The notes under the pieces: model-generated | Told to the model about the DNA's origin: nothing | Database searches by the model: none | The model's input: only the letters and a program-made list of their open reading frames with translations | Part shown: one piece after another, positions 39,322 through 51,550 of the stretch | How the letters are laid out: each line of letters begins with the position of its first letter | Numbering within the stretch: the first letter of the stretch is position 1 | Assembly (NCBI GenBank): GCA_026936335.1 | Contig: JAPMXV010000034.1 | Span: forward strand, 434,001-498,000 | Origin: Mantamonas sphyraenae STR306 | Taxonomy: Eukaryota > Protista > CRuMs | Direction of reading: 5' to 3' | Length of the DNA: 64,000 nt | Position numbers and translations under genes: made by a program

Positions 39322-39944
39322 ATGAGCAGCAAGAAGACAGAACGACTCGATCGACACAGCGGCACGGGCTACCGTGGCGAACCGAAGAAGGGTGGTGCAG
39401 GAGGCAAGGGCACGTGGGGCAAGGAAGGCGTGGTGAGTCTCGAGGCCGTTTTTTCCGTTTGGACCCATCCAGGGCAGCGCACATGCATGGCGGGTGTGGA
39501 CGTGCAGAGAGGTCGGCCCCAGGGCGGAGAAGCACCACAAACTGCCGTGTGGCATTGCATGCGCGTGGCATGCATGTGTGTGAGGAGGGAAGGGACGCTG
39601 GAGTGTTTTTTGCACAAAGAGGGTTTTGGCGACGGAAACAAGGCAAACCGCGCTTGGTTTCGGACTGACACGGCATTCGTATGTGCTCAGATGTACGAAG
39701 AGACCTCGCTTGACGAGCAAGACCCGCTGTACGAGGATCCCCAGGCCGAGGAGGTGAGTGTGTGTGGCGTGGGCGTGGAGTGCGACGAGAGGTCGAGGAG
39801 TGCAACGTGTGCGTCTAAGTTGGCGTCAAGTCCGAGTCTGACATGGTTGGCGCGGGACTCTGTTGTTGCATACAGCAGGACGAAATCGAAGTGGCGGAAG
39901 GTGAAGAGGGACGCACGCTGGACGAGTACGAGGCGGGGAAGTGA
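39322..39944 (+). CDS. ~80-aa protein with HABP4/SERBP1- and PDCD4-like motifs; two introns
   Basis: LDRHSGTGYRGEPKKGGAGGKGTWG|...DEQDPLYED|...; both introns phase 0 with GTGAGT donors. Confidence 0.75.
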
Positions 39945-39990
39945 TGATGAAACAAACTTCATTCTGCGCTGTGTGTCGTTGCTCCACAAA

Positions 39991-41207
39991 TCAGTAGCGA
40001 CGAAAGTCAAAGGTCTCCTGAATCCTCTTGACAACCTTCCAGATGGTCTCCTCCTCGTTGCGCACAAACTCGGCGCGGATAAAGAGGAAGAAGAGGACGA
40101 TGGAGATAAAGTACAAGAGGTGGACAAAGTCCACCCAACCGGCAATGTGGAAGGGACAGCCGCCCGGCAGGACGCGTGCCCACACCTGAAGAGGCAGGTC
40201 ATTAGTGAGATTGAAGAGGGCACCGATGCCCAGGAGCAGCTTGCTCTGCTTGGTGGGGCCGTCGGCGGAGTTGGGTTGCAAGCAGATGACGAGAACCAGA
40301 ATCACAATGGGGAGGCGCTGGAGGCCGAAAGCCGATACAAACAGATACAGATAAAGGTCGGAGCTCATGTTGGCGAGCTGGAGGTAGAAGAAGACGAGAA
40401 AGACAATAAACAGGGCGCCAAAGAGCATCTCTGGCCAGAGGCGGGAGAGGACTACCCCCATGCGTGTGGCGTCCTCGTCTTCTTCGACGTCGGTGTCGTA
40501 GGCAGCGGACGAGCGGTATTTGCGCTGGTGATTGAGGGCGATGGAGAGGAGCAGGGCAGCCAGGCCATGGAGGCACACGCTGATGATGTACAAGTTGCCA
40601 ACCCAGTTCTTCTGCGGCGAATTGTAGAAGGCATAGTCCAGTGCGGTGCAGACGCATCTGTGGGCACGGGGGTGGGCAGAGAAACAAGGGTGGGCGGAGT
40701 GGGTTGGGCATGCAGCCGGGGCCACGTGGGTGTGCAAGTGCCGTGCGCATCGCAGGGGTGGGGTCAGCAAAACACGTTGCATGTCCTTGGGTGGGTGGTG
40801 TGCACAGGGAACACATCCCGACGAGCTGAGACATCGACGGCGGGCAGGGCGGAACATTGACAGCGCGACTGCGCGTCATGTGGTCCCGTCAAGGCGACGT
40901 GGGAGTGCGGGCGGGTGGCGGGGCGAAGGAAACGGGCGCTGAAGCGGGGGGAAAGGCGTCGTCGCGTGGATTTTCGGCGACCGGAGCAGCCCGCAGGCAG
41001 GGCAGACGGGACGTACCGTGCAAACAGGGCCATGTAAAAGAGGATCCACTTTGTGTTGGCAATGATGGGAGTGCGGATATTCTTGTAGAACACCTTGACG
41101 GAGTTGTACTTGACGGCAATGACGACGGCAAACACGAGGGAGACCAGCGCAAAGAAGGCAAAGGTGAACACAATGGATGGATACTGGAGGTAGGGAATGG
41201 TCGCCAT
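39991..41207 (-). CDS. Multi-pass (6-7 TM) membrane protein; introns
   Basis: Successive hydrophobic helices across exons; C-terminal FIRAEFVRNEEETIW. Confidence 0.7.
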
Positions 41208-41353
41208 GTTGGCTGGGCACGCAGCCAAGTGTGGCGACGCCATGAAATCCAGCATCGTCTTGGCCATCCGCGAGTTGCCTCCCCCCACGCAGGCAAGACA
41301 AGTGCAATCTCCTTCCATACCCACCCACACCCACACCCACACCCACACACGCT

Positions 41354-42617
41354 ATGGTACGTTGCTTCCGCTTCCTTCCAGGATGATAACCCCCCGTTCG
41401 AGTCTTTGTTTCGCCCTGTGCCGTGGACTGACCCAAAACGTGTGCCAGTCGAACAATCTGGTGTGGGCTGAGCTTGACGCAGAGCAGTTGCAGACCCTGC
41501 ACGACGTCGACAGCAAAGATGATAGTCAAAGGTATGTCGGAGGGTGTGCATCTTCCCCTGACCATGGTTTGAGGGAGGGGTGTATGGGAGGCGAAACCTG
41601 CTTGCACAGAGCGACCGGCGGCGAAGACTGCTATGGCACACACCACATGGAGAAGGTCGCAAAGGGGGGGGAATCCCATCATACCACCGACAACTGTACC
41701 TTACTCACACGTGCGCGTGCACATGTTTCCTGCCTCTCACTACAGCCTGATCCAGGAGTTTTTGGGCTTGGAAGCAGGTGGACGTTGGAACGAGGAGCGG
41801 CTGCAGGTGTTTCTGGACTTTTGCCATAACAATGTGGACTACTGCTTCGAGCAGGACCTCACCTCCGACAAAGCATCCGCGTTCTTCTCCATCATGAACG
41901 CCGTGTTTATGGCGGACCAGGGTACGTGGGAACCCCGGGGGAGGGGGGCACGTGGCTTGTGGCAGGGTCAGCGTTCAGCCCGCCGTCCACACATCCACTG
42001 ACACATACCCAACCACAGAGGACCCATTCCGGAAGCCGGAAGACAGTTTTGCACACTTCAAGGAGCTGATGCTGGCACACGCGATCGAACGGCCACCGTA
42101 CTCGCTGCAGCTGTTCTCGTTGGAAGACTACAAGCTGCTGAGCGACTACGCGCTGGAAACGTACTACAAACACTTCAAGCTCTACAAGTACACATACACG
42201 GCCAAACCACTGCTAAACTTTACCACCGTGCGGCTGCCGACGTTGGAGGTGCCGCCGACGACGCTGCCGGCGCTCAAGGCCTCGAAAGTGGAACGGTTGT
42301 ACGACCCTGTGGCCGACGCAGAGGCGGCAGAGGAGGAACGCAAACAAGCAGCCATCGAGGCGAAATTGGCAGAGGCAGCGGCCGCAGAAGAGGAGGAGCG
42401 AGAGAGTGCGGAGCGAGAGGCAAAGGATGCGCTGAACGGCGTGTCGCAAGAGGTGATTGAGGGCCTGGGCGAGGCAGCACGCGCGCTGATCGACCAACAC
42501 ATTGCATCTCTCAAGGATCAGTTGGAAGCAGACATGGAAGCGCAGCAGGAGGAGCTGCGCACACGGATCGACGCACTGGAGGAAAAGGTGCGCTCAAAGA
42601 CAGCCAAGCGGGGATGA
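41354..42617 (+). CDS. CFAP119: Flagellar central-pair protein CFAP119/CCDC189 (C1a-32); three introns
   Basis: SFAHFKELMLAHAIERPPYSLQLFS...DYALETYYKHFKLYKY; C-terminal coiled coil; ATG|GTACGT first exon. Confidence 0.88.
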
Positions 42618-42713
42618 TGGGGACGTTTGACCAATCAAAAGCAACGATATGAAACAAACACTGTGCACTTTTTTGTTGGTTGAATGTTGAATGTGTGTGG
42701 CGATGCTCCGGCA

Positions 42714-43310
42714 TCATCGCGTGAGCTGCAGGTTGGGATTGTCCATCAGCAGTTCGACCAGCGGTTGCCTGTGTATGTGGTGGGCGTGCACATGCATGCA
42801 CACGTCAGGTGTCATGTGGGCGGAGGCGAACGGTGTGAGCCAAAAACCACCAATGGGGATTCGAGCAGATGGGGCATGGGACGTACCAGTCGGTTTCGTT
42901 GCCCAGGTCGATGGATTTGTAAAACGCTGCCGCCGCGTTGTCGATTTGTCCCGTGTGCAGCAAACTGGAATGGTCGGGCGGTCGGCATGGACACATGTGA
43001 GCTTGGGCAAGGTTGGTGCATGGTACGGGCAGGGTCGTGGGACGGGGCAAGGCGGACGGGAAAGGGAGTGGGCGGCAACGGCTACCGTCAGCGACGGGTA
43101 AACGGACCTAAAGGCAAGCAGGTGGTGGGCTTCCTTCTTTGTTTTGTCATTGCGCAAACAGTGGCTCACGGACTCGATGACATAGTGGTACTCACGCAGC
43201 TTGTACATGCCCCGTGCTGCGTACAGCCACCCGAGTGGATCCTTGGGATAGAATCCGACCGTCTCCTGCAGGGTCTCCTTCACTCCGCGTCGTTCAAACC
43301 CTTTGGACAT
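42714..43310 (-). CDS. Small TPR-like protein (~110 aa); two introns
   Basis: PLGWLYAARGMYKL...EAHHLLAF|SLLHTGQIDNAAAAFYKSIDLG. Confidence 0.7.
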   Translation of the reverse strand: MSKGFERRGVKETLQETVGFYPKDPLGWLYAARGMYKLREYHYVIESVSHCLRNDKTKKEAHHLLAFRSVYPSLTVAVAAHSLSRPPCPVPRPCPYHAPTLPKLTCVHADRPTIPVCCTRDKSTTRRQRFTNPSTWATKPTGTSHAPSARIPIGGFWLTPFASAHMTPDVCMHVHAHHIHRQPLVELLMDNPNLQLTR

Positions 43311-43416
43311 GATGTAAGGAGGGGGGTCCAAGCAGGCACAAACAAAAGGTGAGATAGGCCTGTGTGCGAAGGCGGGGGTTGTTGTGTTGCGCAAGTGCGG
43401 GCAGACGCAGAGAACG

Positions 43417-45924
43417 ATGCCGGACGACAAGGCGTTCACCCTCATCAACGAGCACAGCGTGTATGAAACGCCTGTGCTCATGGAGTGGTCTCCACGCATG
43501 GACATCCTGGCGTTGGTCCAACAGCGTGGCGTCGTCCAGTTGCATAGGCTCAACTGGAACGTGGTGGCTGTGTGTGAGCTGCCTCAGGATCACGTCGCCT
43601 CTGCGCTTGCCTGGCGACCCGACGGTACGTCTGCACGCGCACAACAGAAGTGTGCTCAGCTTCCACACATATCCCCGCTCACATGATTCCGTCCCGTGTC
43701 CGCACCCCTCCCGATGTTCCCCCACACAGGCCGTGTGCTTGCGGTGGGTTGTGAAAATGGCGCGCTTGTGCTCTTTGACGTGGAAACGGGCAACCTGCTG
43801 CATTCGTGGCAGCGACACAAGTTCCCCGTGGCCTGCATGCACTGGCAACATGCCCAGGAGGAGGCAAACGACACGCGAATCGACCACAGCAGCAGCAGCA
43901 GCGGCAGCACGAGCGGACAGAACGACGCTTGGCAACACTTCTTCCGTGCTCCCGCAGGCACCACACAAGCAGGCACAGACAACGACAACGGGAAGGGCAA
44001 AGCCGGCGTGGGTTTGCGCGGCTCTACAGGTGGCGGCGGTGGTGGAGGCGTTGCAGATGGCGCCGGTGGCAGCGATGACGCGTCTGTGTCGCTGCTGCAG
44101 AGCGAATCGATGAATGTGCTTGTCAGTGCGGACGAGTGTGGCGACGTGCACTTTGCACTCCTGGGCTGGTTTGTGTTGACGTCGATGCAACTGAATGCAC
44201 GCGTGACACAGGTGTGTCTGGCGCCTAATCTGTGCGACCTCAGCTTTGTCACGCAGTCGGCCAAGGGCACGCAGCGCACACTGCACACCTTTGGTGTGCA
44301 TGTGTTGTGGGAACGCAGGCACACTCTGACGCAGCAGGCCAACTTGTTGGCGTCGGCCACCTGGCTGTTGCACAGCATTCAGCACAGCGTCAAGAACGTA
44401 AAAAGCACATGGGTGGCCGCACGCAAGGTGTATCGCAAGATGTGGAAGCCGCTGCTGGCACTCATGGAGCAGAATGGAGACATGGTCAGCATTGACAATC
44501 GCCTGGTGCAGGCGTTGGCCACGGGGGTACCCACCGACGACGTCTCCCAATTTTTGACAAACAGCATCAAAGAGACAGGCCTGAAGCGCCTGGATGCAAC
44601 CATGGCTACAGCGTGCGACCGCGTGTTGGACTCGTGTCTGCACCACCTGCTGCCTGCTTGCGAGTTTCTGCTGTATCGCCTGGATCAACTTGCATCGTTT
44701 AGCACAGCCTACCGGCAGAGCTGGCTGGACCAGGACGACGTGCGCACAGTCACCAGTGCCCTGGCCGCCATGGTGGCCAAGTTGCACGAACTCGTGCACG
44801 TGGTGGGTGCTCACAAGCGCAACCTGGCCACTTTGTGTCTCTGGCTACGCAAACTCACTCGTCAGGTCACGGGATCCAGCAACCAGCTGTCCCAACGCGT
44901 CGACTCCACCCAACTCACCCAGTTCCTCCTCGACGGCGTGCAGAACGACCCGATCAACCAGTACCTGGCCAAGCGCGAGCTTATCACCCCGCTTTCATTT
45001 GGCACCCTCCTGGACCAGGGCAGCGCCACGCAGCCAGGCGCTGCTGCGTCCACTTCCCTGCACACGTCGCTTATGTACAAAGTCAACCGGGAAGCGAGCC
45101 TCATGCAGTGTTCCGACGAAGTGCAGCGTGCCTTTGACCAGCAGCTGCTGGCCAAGTATGCCAGCATTGTCGCCCTGGACCCACAGCCGCGCCTTCTCCT
45201 CGCTCTCGATCAACCACGTGGGCCGTACGTGCCACAAGACAGTGCCTCAGACCACGGTGAAGGCATCCGCTTGCGTGGCAATCTTGGCGGAGTGGTCGAG
45301 TCCCTTGACAACGGCGGTGTTGCATTCCTCACCGTCCTCGTAGACAGGGAGGGACACCGACGCGTAGCGTATGTGTGCTGCAACCCGCCTGAGGACGAAG
45401 ACGACGGCAGTGTCACTTCCGTTGCCGCTGCCATCCTTGCTCTTCCGAACGAACCGGAGAATGACGACGACGACGACGACGCCGGCAAGACAGAGGCAGC
45501 TGCGCCGTTGATTCTCGACCTGGCCTTTTACGGGGCCGACCACATGTGTATTCTGTACAAACGAAGCAGCGAGGGGGCCGTGTGCATGTCGTTGGTCCCG
45601 CTGGACGAACTGGAGATGCAATCGGTGCACAATGATCTGCAGGCAGAGCTGTTGGACGATGTCGGCGAGCAGACGCTTGCGTTTCAGTGGATGGATCTCT
45701 CGCGCACTCGCACGCTGCACGACCATGAGTCCAGTGCGGCCATGGCCTGTTCTGCGCCACGCAAGGTCTGCGCCGTGTTCACCCCGGGCGCCGTCCATGT
45801 ATTTGACATGGAAGACGACGAAGAAGACAGCGACGAGGAGGGGGAGGATGAGGAAGAGGATGAGAAAGGGGATGAGCAGGAGGACCCGGAGGAGGACGGG
45901 TACATCAGCGATCCTCTCGATTGA
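43417..45924 (+). CDS. ANAPC4: Anaphase-promoting complex subunit 4; one intron
   Basis: WSPRMDILAL...LHRLNW...LAWRPDG|RVLAVG WD40 start; central helical region; acidic tail. Confidence 0.9.
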
Positions 45925-45931
45925 CCCCGGG

Positions 45932-47845
45932 TCAAGGAACAAACGCACGAGCTCGCTTGGTTGCCCCAACGCCTCCTTTGCGCGTCTTGCTCGGTGGCTG
46001 GCACATGTCCAGCATGAGACGCAGGTTGTCCACAGAGCTGTCCACGGTGGCGACGATCACCAACCAGCCAAAAATGCACTTGGAGGTGGCCCGGAACTCG
46101 GCAAACGTTTCCAAGAGGTTGCCATTGGTTCGGTCGCGTTGTAGAGACTCGGCCATGCGCAGACGATCGCTCAACAACCGCCGTGCCTCTTTGCCCATTG
46201 CGTCGCCGGCCTTCCACGCAGCGGCCAGAAACGGCCGAAGCAGCGCTTCCATCACCTCTTCACTGTCGCTCAGCAGACAAATGTCCAACACTGTGGACAT
46301 TCGCATGCGTCTGTCCAACTCACTCTCCGAATGCCAGGCAAACGAGTGGCTGATCGACTCCATCTCCTCCGCCGACTCTCCCATCAGTCCGTGCATCTGC
46401 TGGCACGCAATGTATGCCCACGTCTGTTCCTCCAGAGCTGTGATCACGCTGCCTCGCATGCTGTCTCCACTCGCAAGTACGGCCTCGAGGGCAGCTCGCA
46501 ACCCTGTGCTGCCGCTGCTCCCCAACTGTTCCAGCACCTGCCTGCACACCGCCAGCACCTCACTGTCTGCGTTGGGTGCCATGGCAAGCACTTTGGCCAC
46601 ATGCTCCTTGGTGATGTCGATCTGTTCCTTGTCCTGCAGCACGCGACACAGGACATGCACGGCTTCCGGATGCACAGCAAGCACCTGAGGACTGGCCAAA
46701 TCACTCAACTGTCTCGCCCACGCCTCGGCATCGCCCACACACCCTTCGAGCTTGGTCAAAACCACAGAAGCCTGCTGCTGCTCTGCAGACGGCATGTCTG
46801 CATCCAGCTGAAGCAGACCACGTGCAAACAACATGCCCACACCGGTCACATCACCACAGCTCTGCATGCCAGCGTGCACAAACTCGAGCATCATCAGAAG
46901 GTCCCACTGGTCACTGTGTTCGCGTGTCAGGCGCAGCAAATACGAGTTTGTTGCCCCCAGCACTTCCTTGCCCAGCTCCACCACCTGGTCCAAAGGCAGC
47001 CTCACGTGGTCGAGGAAGCGATCGTGACAAAGTGTGTGAAGTACGCCCAGGCCACTGTTCACCACTGTCAGCTCCGTGGTTGTGTCCACGAAGCCCAGAC
47101 GATTGGCTTCCAAAGCCTTGCCCTTGCGTAGCGGCAGTCGCTGCTTCAACTCTGCCCAAGCACCCTCCACTGCCTCCATGACACCGTAGGGCACTGCCTC
47201 CGAGTCTTGTGACGCACTGCTGCCGGTGGCACTCTGCAGGGCTGTTCCAAACACAGAGATGTCCTCCTGGCCAAACATAGAGGCCACGGTGGGGAGAACA
47301 ACCACCGTCGATTGCTCCTGACGCACTGTGAACGCACATTGGGGGTTGGACATGCGCACACGCAGTTCGTCGAGCACTGTGGCACACGCCAGCGTCGCTC
47401 TGCGTTCTTCAGGTGCCCCTCGGCTGTGCCTCAGTGCGTAGTGGCACAGCACATCGCCCAGTTCGCCCACCACTGCGTCTAATTTGCTTTGCAGGCGCTG
47501 ATTGCGAAACAGGTCGCTTGCTTGGTCCACCAGCTCCCAGCACAGGGCCACCAGCTCCTGTTCCAGAGTCACAAGTTCCTCCACGTCGTCCACCTGTTTC
47601 TTTTGCAGCGCTTCCACCTTGGACGCCATCTGCGACGTCTGTGCGTACCCTTGTTGCAGCAATTGAAGATATCGCACTCTTTGGGCTTTCTCCTGCGCAG
47701 CCGCTTCGCGCACATTGACCACGCCCTTGTTCCGTCCCACCTGTGCCACAGAGCCACTCAGAGGGGCACGAGCCTCTTCCAATGCATGCAAGGCTTGTTC
47801 GGTGTGCGTTTCAAACCCTTTCAGACTTTGTTCAAGCGCTTCCAT
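45932..47845 (-). CDS. Uncharacterised all-helical protein with N-terminal coiled coil
   Basis: ~637-aa intronless ORF with coding-like composition; no motif recognised. Confidence 0.7.
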   Translation of the reverse strand: MEALEQSLKGFETHTEQALHALEEARAPLSGSVAQVGRNKGVVNVREAAAQEKAQRVRYLQLLQQGYAQTSQMASKVEALQKKQVDDVEELVTLEQELVALCWELVDQASDLFRNQRLQSKLDAVVGELGDVLCHYALRHSRGAPEERRATLACATVLDELRVRMSNPQCAFTVRQEQSTVVVLPTVASMFGQEDISVFGTALQSATGSSASQDSEAVPYGVMEAVEGAWAELKQRLPLRKGKALEANRLGFVDTTTELTVVNSGLGVLHTLCHDRFLDHVRLPLDQVVELGKEVLGATNSYLLRLTREHSDQWDLLMMLEFVHAGMQSCGDVTGVGMLFARGLLQLDADMPSAEQQQASVVLTKLEGCVGDAEAWARQLSDLASPQVLAVHPEAVHVLCRVLQDKEQIDITKEHVAKVLAMAPNADSEVLAVCRQVLEQLGSSGSTGLRAALEAVLASGDSMRGSVITALEEQTWAYIACQQMHGLMGESAEEMESISHSFAWHSESELDRRMRMSTVLDICLLSDSEEVMEALLRPFLAAAWKAGDAMGKEARRLLSDRLRMAESLQRDRTNGNLLETFAEFRATSKCIFGWLVIVATVDSSVDNLRLMLDMCQPPSKTRKGGVGATKRARAFVP

Positions 47846-47895
47846 GTCTGTGTGTGCAACTTCTTGGCGCACTCTGCGCTGCACGCCGAAACTCA

Positions 47896-48222
47896 ATGAC
47901 ACACGAACAAGAGGAGCCCGAGTCCTCTTCCTCCTCCCTCACCTTTGTCATGATATTCGTGGTCATGGTCACCATGATCGGCACGTCTATTGCCGACTAC
48001 ATGTACTACAGCCACGATCCAACGATTCTGATCATTGTCCTCCTGGCGTCTGCCACAACTCTGCCCATGGTGCTGTTTGCCAGCCCACCCACTCCTGAAG
48101 AGTCTCGCAGGATATTTGAGGACGACCAGGGTCATTCTACAAGTGAGGACGAGCTCGACGAGAGCGGCAAACGTGTTCCCGAAAAGGAAACTGCCGCCAC
48201 CGAGTCCAAGAAGGAGAAATGA
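47896..48222 (+). CDS. Small two-TM protein (108 aa)
   Basis: LTFVMIFVVMVTMIG and ILIIVLLASATTLPMVLF helices; charged termini. Confidence 0.6.
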   Translation: MTHEQEEPESSSSSLTFVMIFVVMVTMIGTSIADYMYYSHDPTILIIVLLASATTLPMVLFASPPTPEESRRIFEDDQGHSTSEDELDESGKRVPEKETAATESKKEK

Positions 48223-48285
48223 CGCATGGCAGGCAGCCATTGGGGCGTGTGTTGTTGTTGCGCATGTGCAACACCCTGGAATGAA

Positions 48286-48624
48286 ATGTTGCGCAGTTCC
48301 ATCCACTCCATTCCTCGCTGCTGCGTTTCGCTCAAACTCATGTCCACCGCCTACACTGTCCACTTGTACATCCGTCTTCCCAGTGACGAATCTGACAAGG
48401 CAACGCTGGAGCGTGTCACTGTGCGTGACCAAGGGGACATCGACCACCCGGACAAGGCAACGGAGGCGCTTGAGTGCTACAGGAGGCACTTCACCCCTCA
48501 GCGAGCGGCTCTGACCTCCGCCGACGATGTAGCCGACGATGCCATCACACATATTTCACAAGTGCTGTGGTCCCATGGCATTTCAGCGTGGGATGTCCAC
48601 GATGCAGCCGCAGACGAGGAGTGA
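48286..48624 (+). CDS. Small uncharacterised protein
   Basis: ORF fills the gap between neighbours; possible mitochondrial presequence MLRSSIHSIPR. Confidence 0.5.
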   Translation: MLRSSIHSIPRCCVSLKLMSTAYTVHLYIRLPSDESDKATLERVTVRDQGDIDHPDKATEALECYRRHFTPQRAALTSADDVADDAITHISQVLWSHGISAWDVHDAAADEE

Positions 48625-48721
48625 TTCAACTCCCTCCATCATCACCCTGGTCCCCGCCTGGTTTCACCGTGTTCCTCCCTTCCAACCCTCCATCTTCTTT
48701 GCTTGGGACTGAATTTGGATC

Positions 48722-51441
48722 TCAAAACTCTTCCATTTCCCTGCACAGCGCACAGCCAATGGCAAACTCTTGGCCGTTGGGCGGGTGTTTGATCTTCAAC
48801 GCACACTTGCTGCCTCCCTTGCACTTGGGCAGCTCCGACACGGGTTTCCGGTTCAAGTAATCGCCTTCGTTCTGTCTGCGATGGCAATCGCTGCAAAAGT
48901 GCGTGCTGCCCCAGCAGAACCACGTCGCCACGCTGCAGCAGAAGCGACACTTGTGCTCCATAAACTCAGTGCCGTGCTTGCTGCACTCCTGTCCGCCCAT
49001 CGTACTGCATCCACCACACACCAGCTCCTTTGGATTGAACTGGCCGTCCGCATCCTCCGCCAGAGCCTCCTCGCACGCCCGCTTTCCGCCAAAGTACGCT
49101 TTCTTGCACACAAAGCACGGGTAGTATGCAAAGACATGCATGGCATACTCCAGCGGCTGCTTGTGGAAGCGCGAGCTGCTGTCTGTCAGCTCCGTGGCCC
49201 CCCCCATGCCCTCGTACTTGAGTCTGCGCATCGCCTTGCCCTCCACATCGGCCTTCAAAGCCAGCACCGGGGCAAGGACCGTCTCCAGCGAGCTGTGCTT
49301 CATCTCTGTGTTGCACAGCGGGCAATCAATGAACCCAAACGAGATGCGTGCGCCCGGCCAGCGCTTTTGGATCTTGTCGCGCACGCAGTTGTAGTGGAAC
49401 GTATGGCCGCACTCCAGCTTCACGCACGGCGCGGCCTCCAGCGGATCCACCCAGCAAATGTTACAGTAGTCATCGCAGCGCTGCGTCGACATGGAAGAGG
49501 AGGAAGAGGAAGAGGAGGAGGAGGAGGAGGAGCAACAGGACAGCTCTGCGTTGCTGCAGCCAGGCTGCAGGCAGCCCAGGCATTCGCGTTCACCACGAAT
49601 ACCCAGGCAGGCATGGCCACACGAAAGCGTGGCGGTGCACGACAGGTTGCGCTTCAAAAGGCACTCCTCGTCGGTGCACACGTCGTACAACGCCGGATAA
49701 TTGCTGCTCTTGCTCACCGGCGCACGCGTCTCCTGCGTCAACATGGCCGTACAGAAGCGGCAGTGCTTGGCGTTCTTGTACGCCGCATACTGCGCACACG
49801 TGAATCCCACGTGGTACGGTTGCTCCTGGCACGCCGAGCAAAACACCGTGTTGCACTCCCGGCACCGGAACCGATGCTCCGCCTTGTGTGTCGCCGCCTC
49901 CAGGCTCAAGGCCTCGCCGCTTGCGTCTTTGTGCAGCCCCTTGGCCACCTCCGCCTGCAGGCGCACCAGGTCGCCCTTGGTCAATTGCACGCGCTCGATC
50001 ACCGCCTCGCATCCGTCGCCAGGACAGCGCACAAACACGCCGCTGCTCTCAATCATCTGCTCCAAACTCTGCTCCTGATAGTGCTGGTACTCGCGCGGCA
50101 TCATCAGCTTGCGCAGGTCCACGGCGTCTGCCAGCTCGCCACAGCCGGACACCGCACACTGAAACGCCACACAGTTGGCGTCCTCCTCCAACTGCGCGCA
50201 CACCTGTGCATATGCACACGGTGCACACATGCGGTGTTTGCACACACTCATGCAGTGCATCAATTCCTGGTGCACCAGACGCCCACACAGCCCGCACTCC
50301 TCGCGAATGGTCTGTGCCCCTGCATCCGACACCCCAACCTCCCCGGCCGTCGCCAATCCCGTGTGGTCACCCGTCGTCTCGGTACCAATCGTCGCCACAC
50401 GGGTGCCACCTGAGCCTGCTCGCTTGCCGCTCCCGACCGAAAACAGGTTCTCTGCAAGCGCATCCGCACCGTGGTCGCTGTTCAGAAACTCCATCAGCAG
50501 CCGATTCTCCTCCTCCTCCTGCCTGCGCTTGTCGTCCTCCTCCCATCGCCTGCTCAGATCCCGTGCCAGCTCTTCGTCGTCTGCCACTTGCTTGCGTCGT
50601 CGTTGGATTGTGTTCATCCCGGGGCTGCGCACGAGAGTTTTGAAATCCCGCAGCAGCGACTCCGCCTCGTCTTCCTCCTCGCTCTCGTCTTCAGAGAGTG
50701 TCGACGAACACGTGGACGCCCACTCGTCTCCGGTGTCATCCTCGTCCAGGTCACACCTGCTCTCCCGGTCCGACACCTTGCCAGGCGTCACCGGAGGCGT
50801 CACAAACTTTGGCCTGTGAAGCGCGTTGATCGCTTCCACCGACGCCGTTAGCATGTTTTCCAGCTGCTCCAGCTGCGCGTCCATGTCCTCGTTTGCCTCT
50901 TGGTCCAGAATACGGTCCATCAGATCGCCCATGTTCAACTGCTTGCGGCTGTGTGGCACCCCACGCGGTCAGCACCGTGTCCCAACTTGAATTTCCGCTG
51001 GCCGTTGCAAAAAGCGCGCCAACACCTCCTCCGCCGCCTCGCTTACCTTTGTTTCTTGCTGTGTGGCGAAGGCGTGCACGACAGCCACGTCTCAATGCTC
51101 TCTGGTTGCGGTTCTGGCGTGTCGTAGGTCAGATGCGGCCCGCAGCTGCTCACCCGGCGGCTGTACGCATCAAGCAGCATCGGAGACGCGGACGAAAACG
51201 ACGCCACGCTCGTATCGCTTGACATCATGGTGGACCCCTCGCAGCAGTCTGCCAGATGCGATTCAATCTGATGGTCCTCCTTGGGTGTCCCACACAGGGA
51301 GCATTCCCACATGTCCTGCTTCTTGGACCCACGCAGCCGCGGCTGCTGCCTGTCGTTTTCCTTGTCTCCACCTCCCGGGAACGCCACCTGCTTCAGCAGC
51401 TGTTCCACCGTCGGAGCCGTTGGAATTGCCGAGTCTTGCAT
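48722..51441 (-). CDS. E3 ligase: RING-IBR fused to MYCBP2/Highwire-type RING-Cys-relay module; intron ~50950-51046
   Basis: CNICWVDPLEAAPCVKLECGHTFH...RWPGARISFGFIDCPLC, YYPCFVCKKAYFGG, KHGTEFMEHKCRFCCSVATWFCWGSTHFC, HPPNGQEFAIGC. Confidence 0.9.
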
Positions 51442-51550
51442 GGCTGAATCTCTTCTGTATTTTCCTTTTGTTGTTGCGGTTGGCGGGGACGGCGCTCGAC
51501 CTGTTGCAGTCCAGCCAAACCGCCCACCATATTGCCTTGCACACACCCTC

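Noticed and set aside
39322-40860. 512-aa ORF as one protein
   Set aside because: Read-through of introns plus antisense shadow of the minus-strand membrane gene
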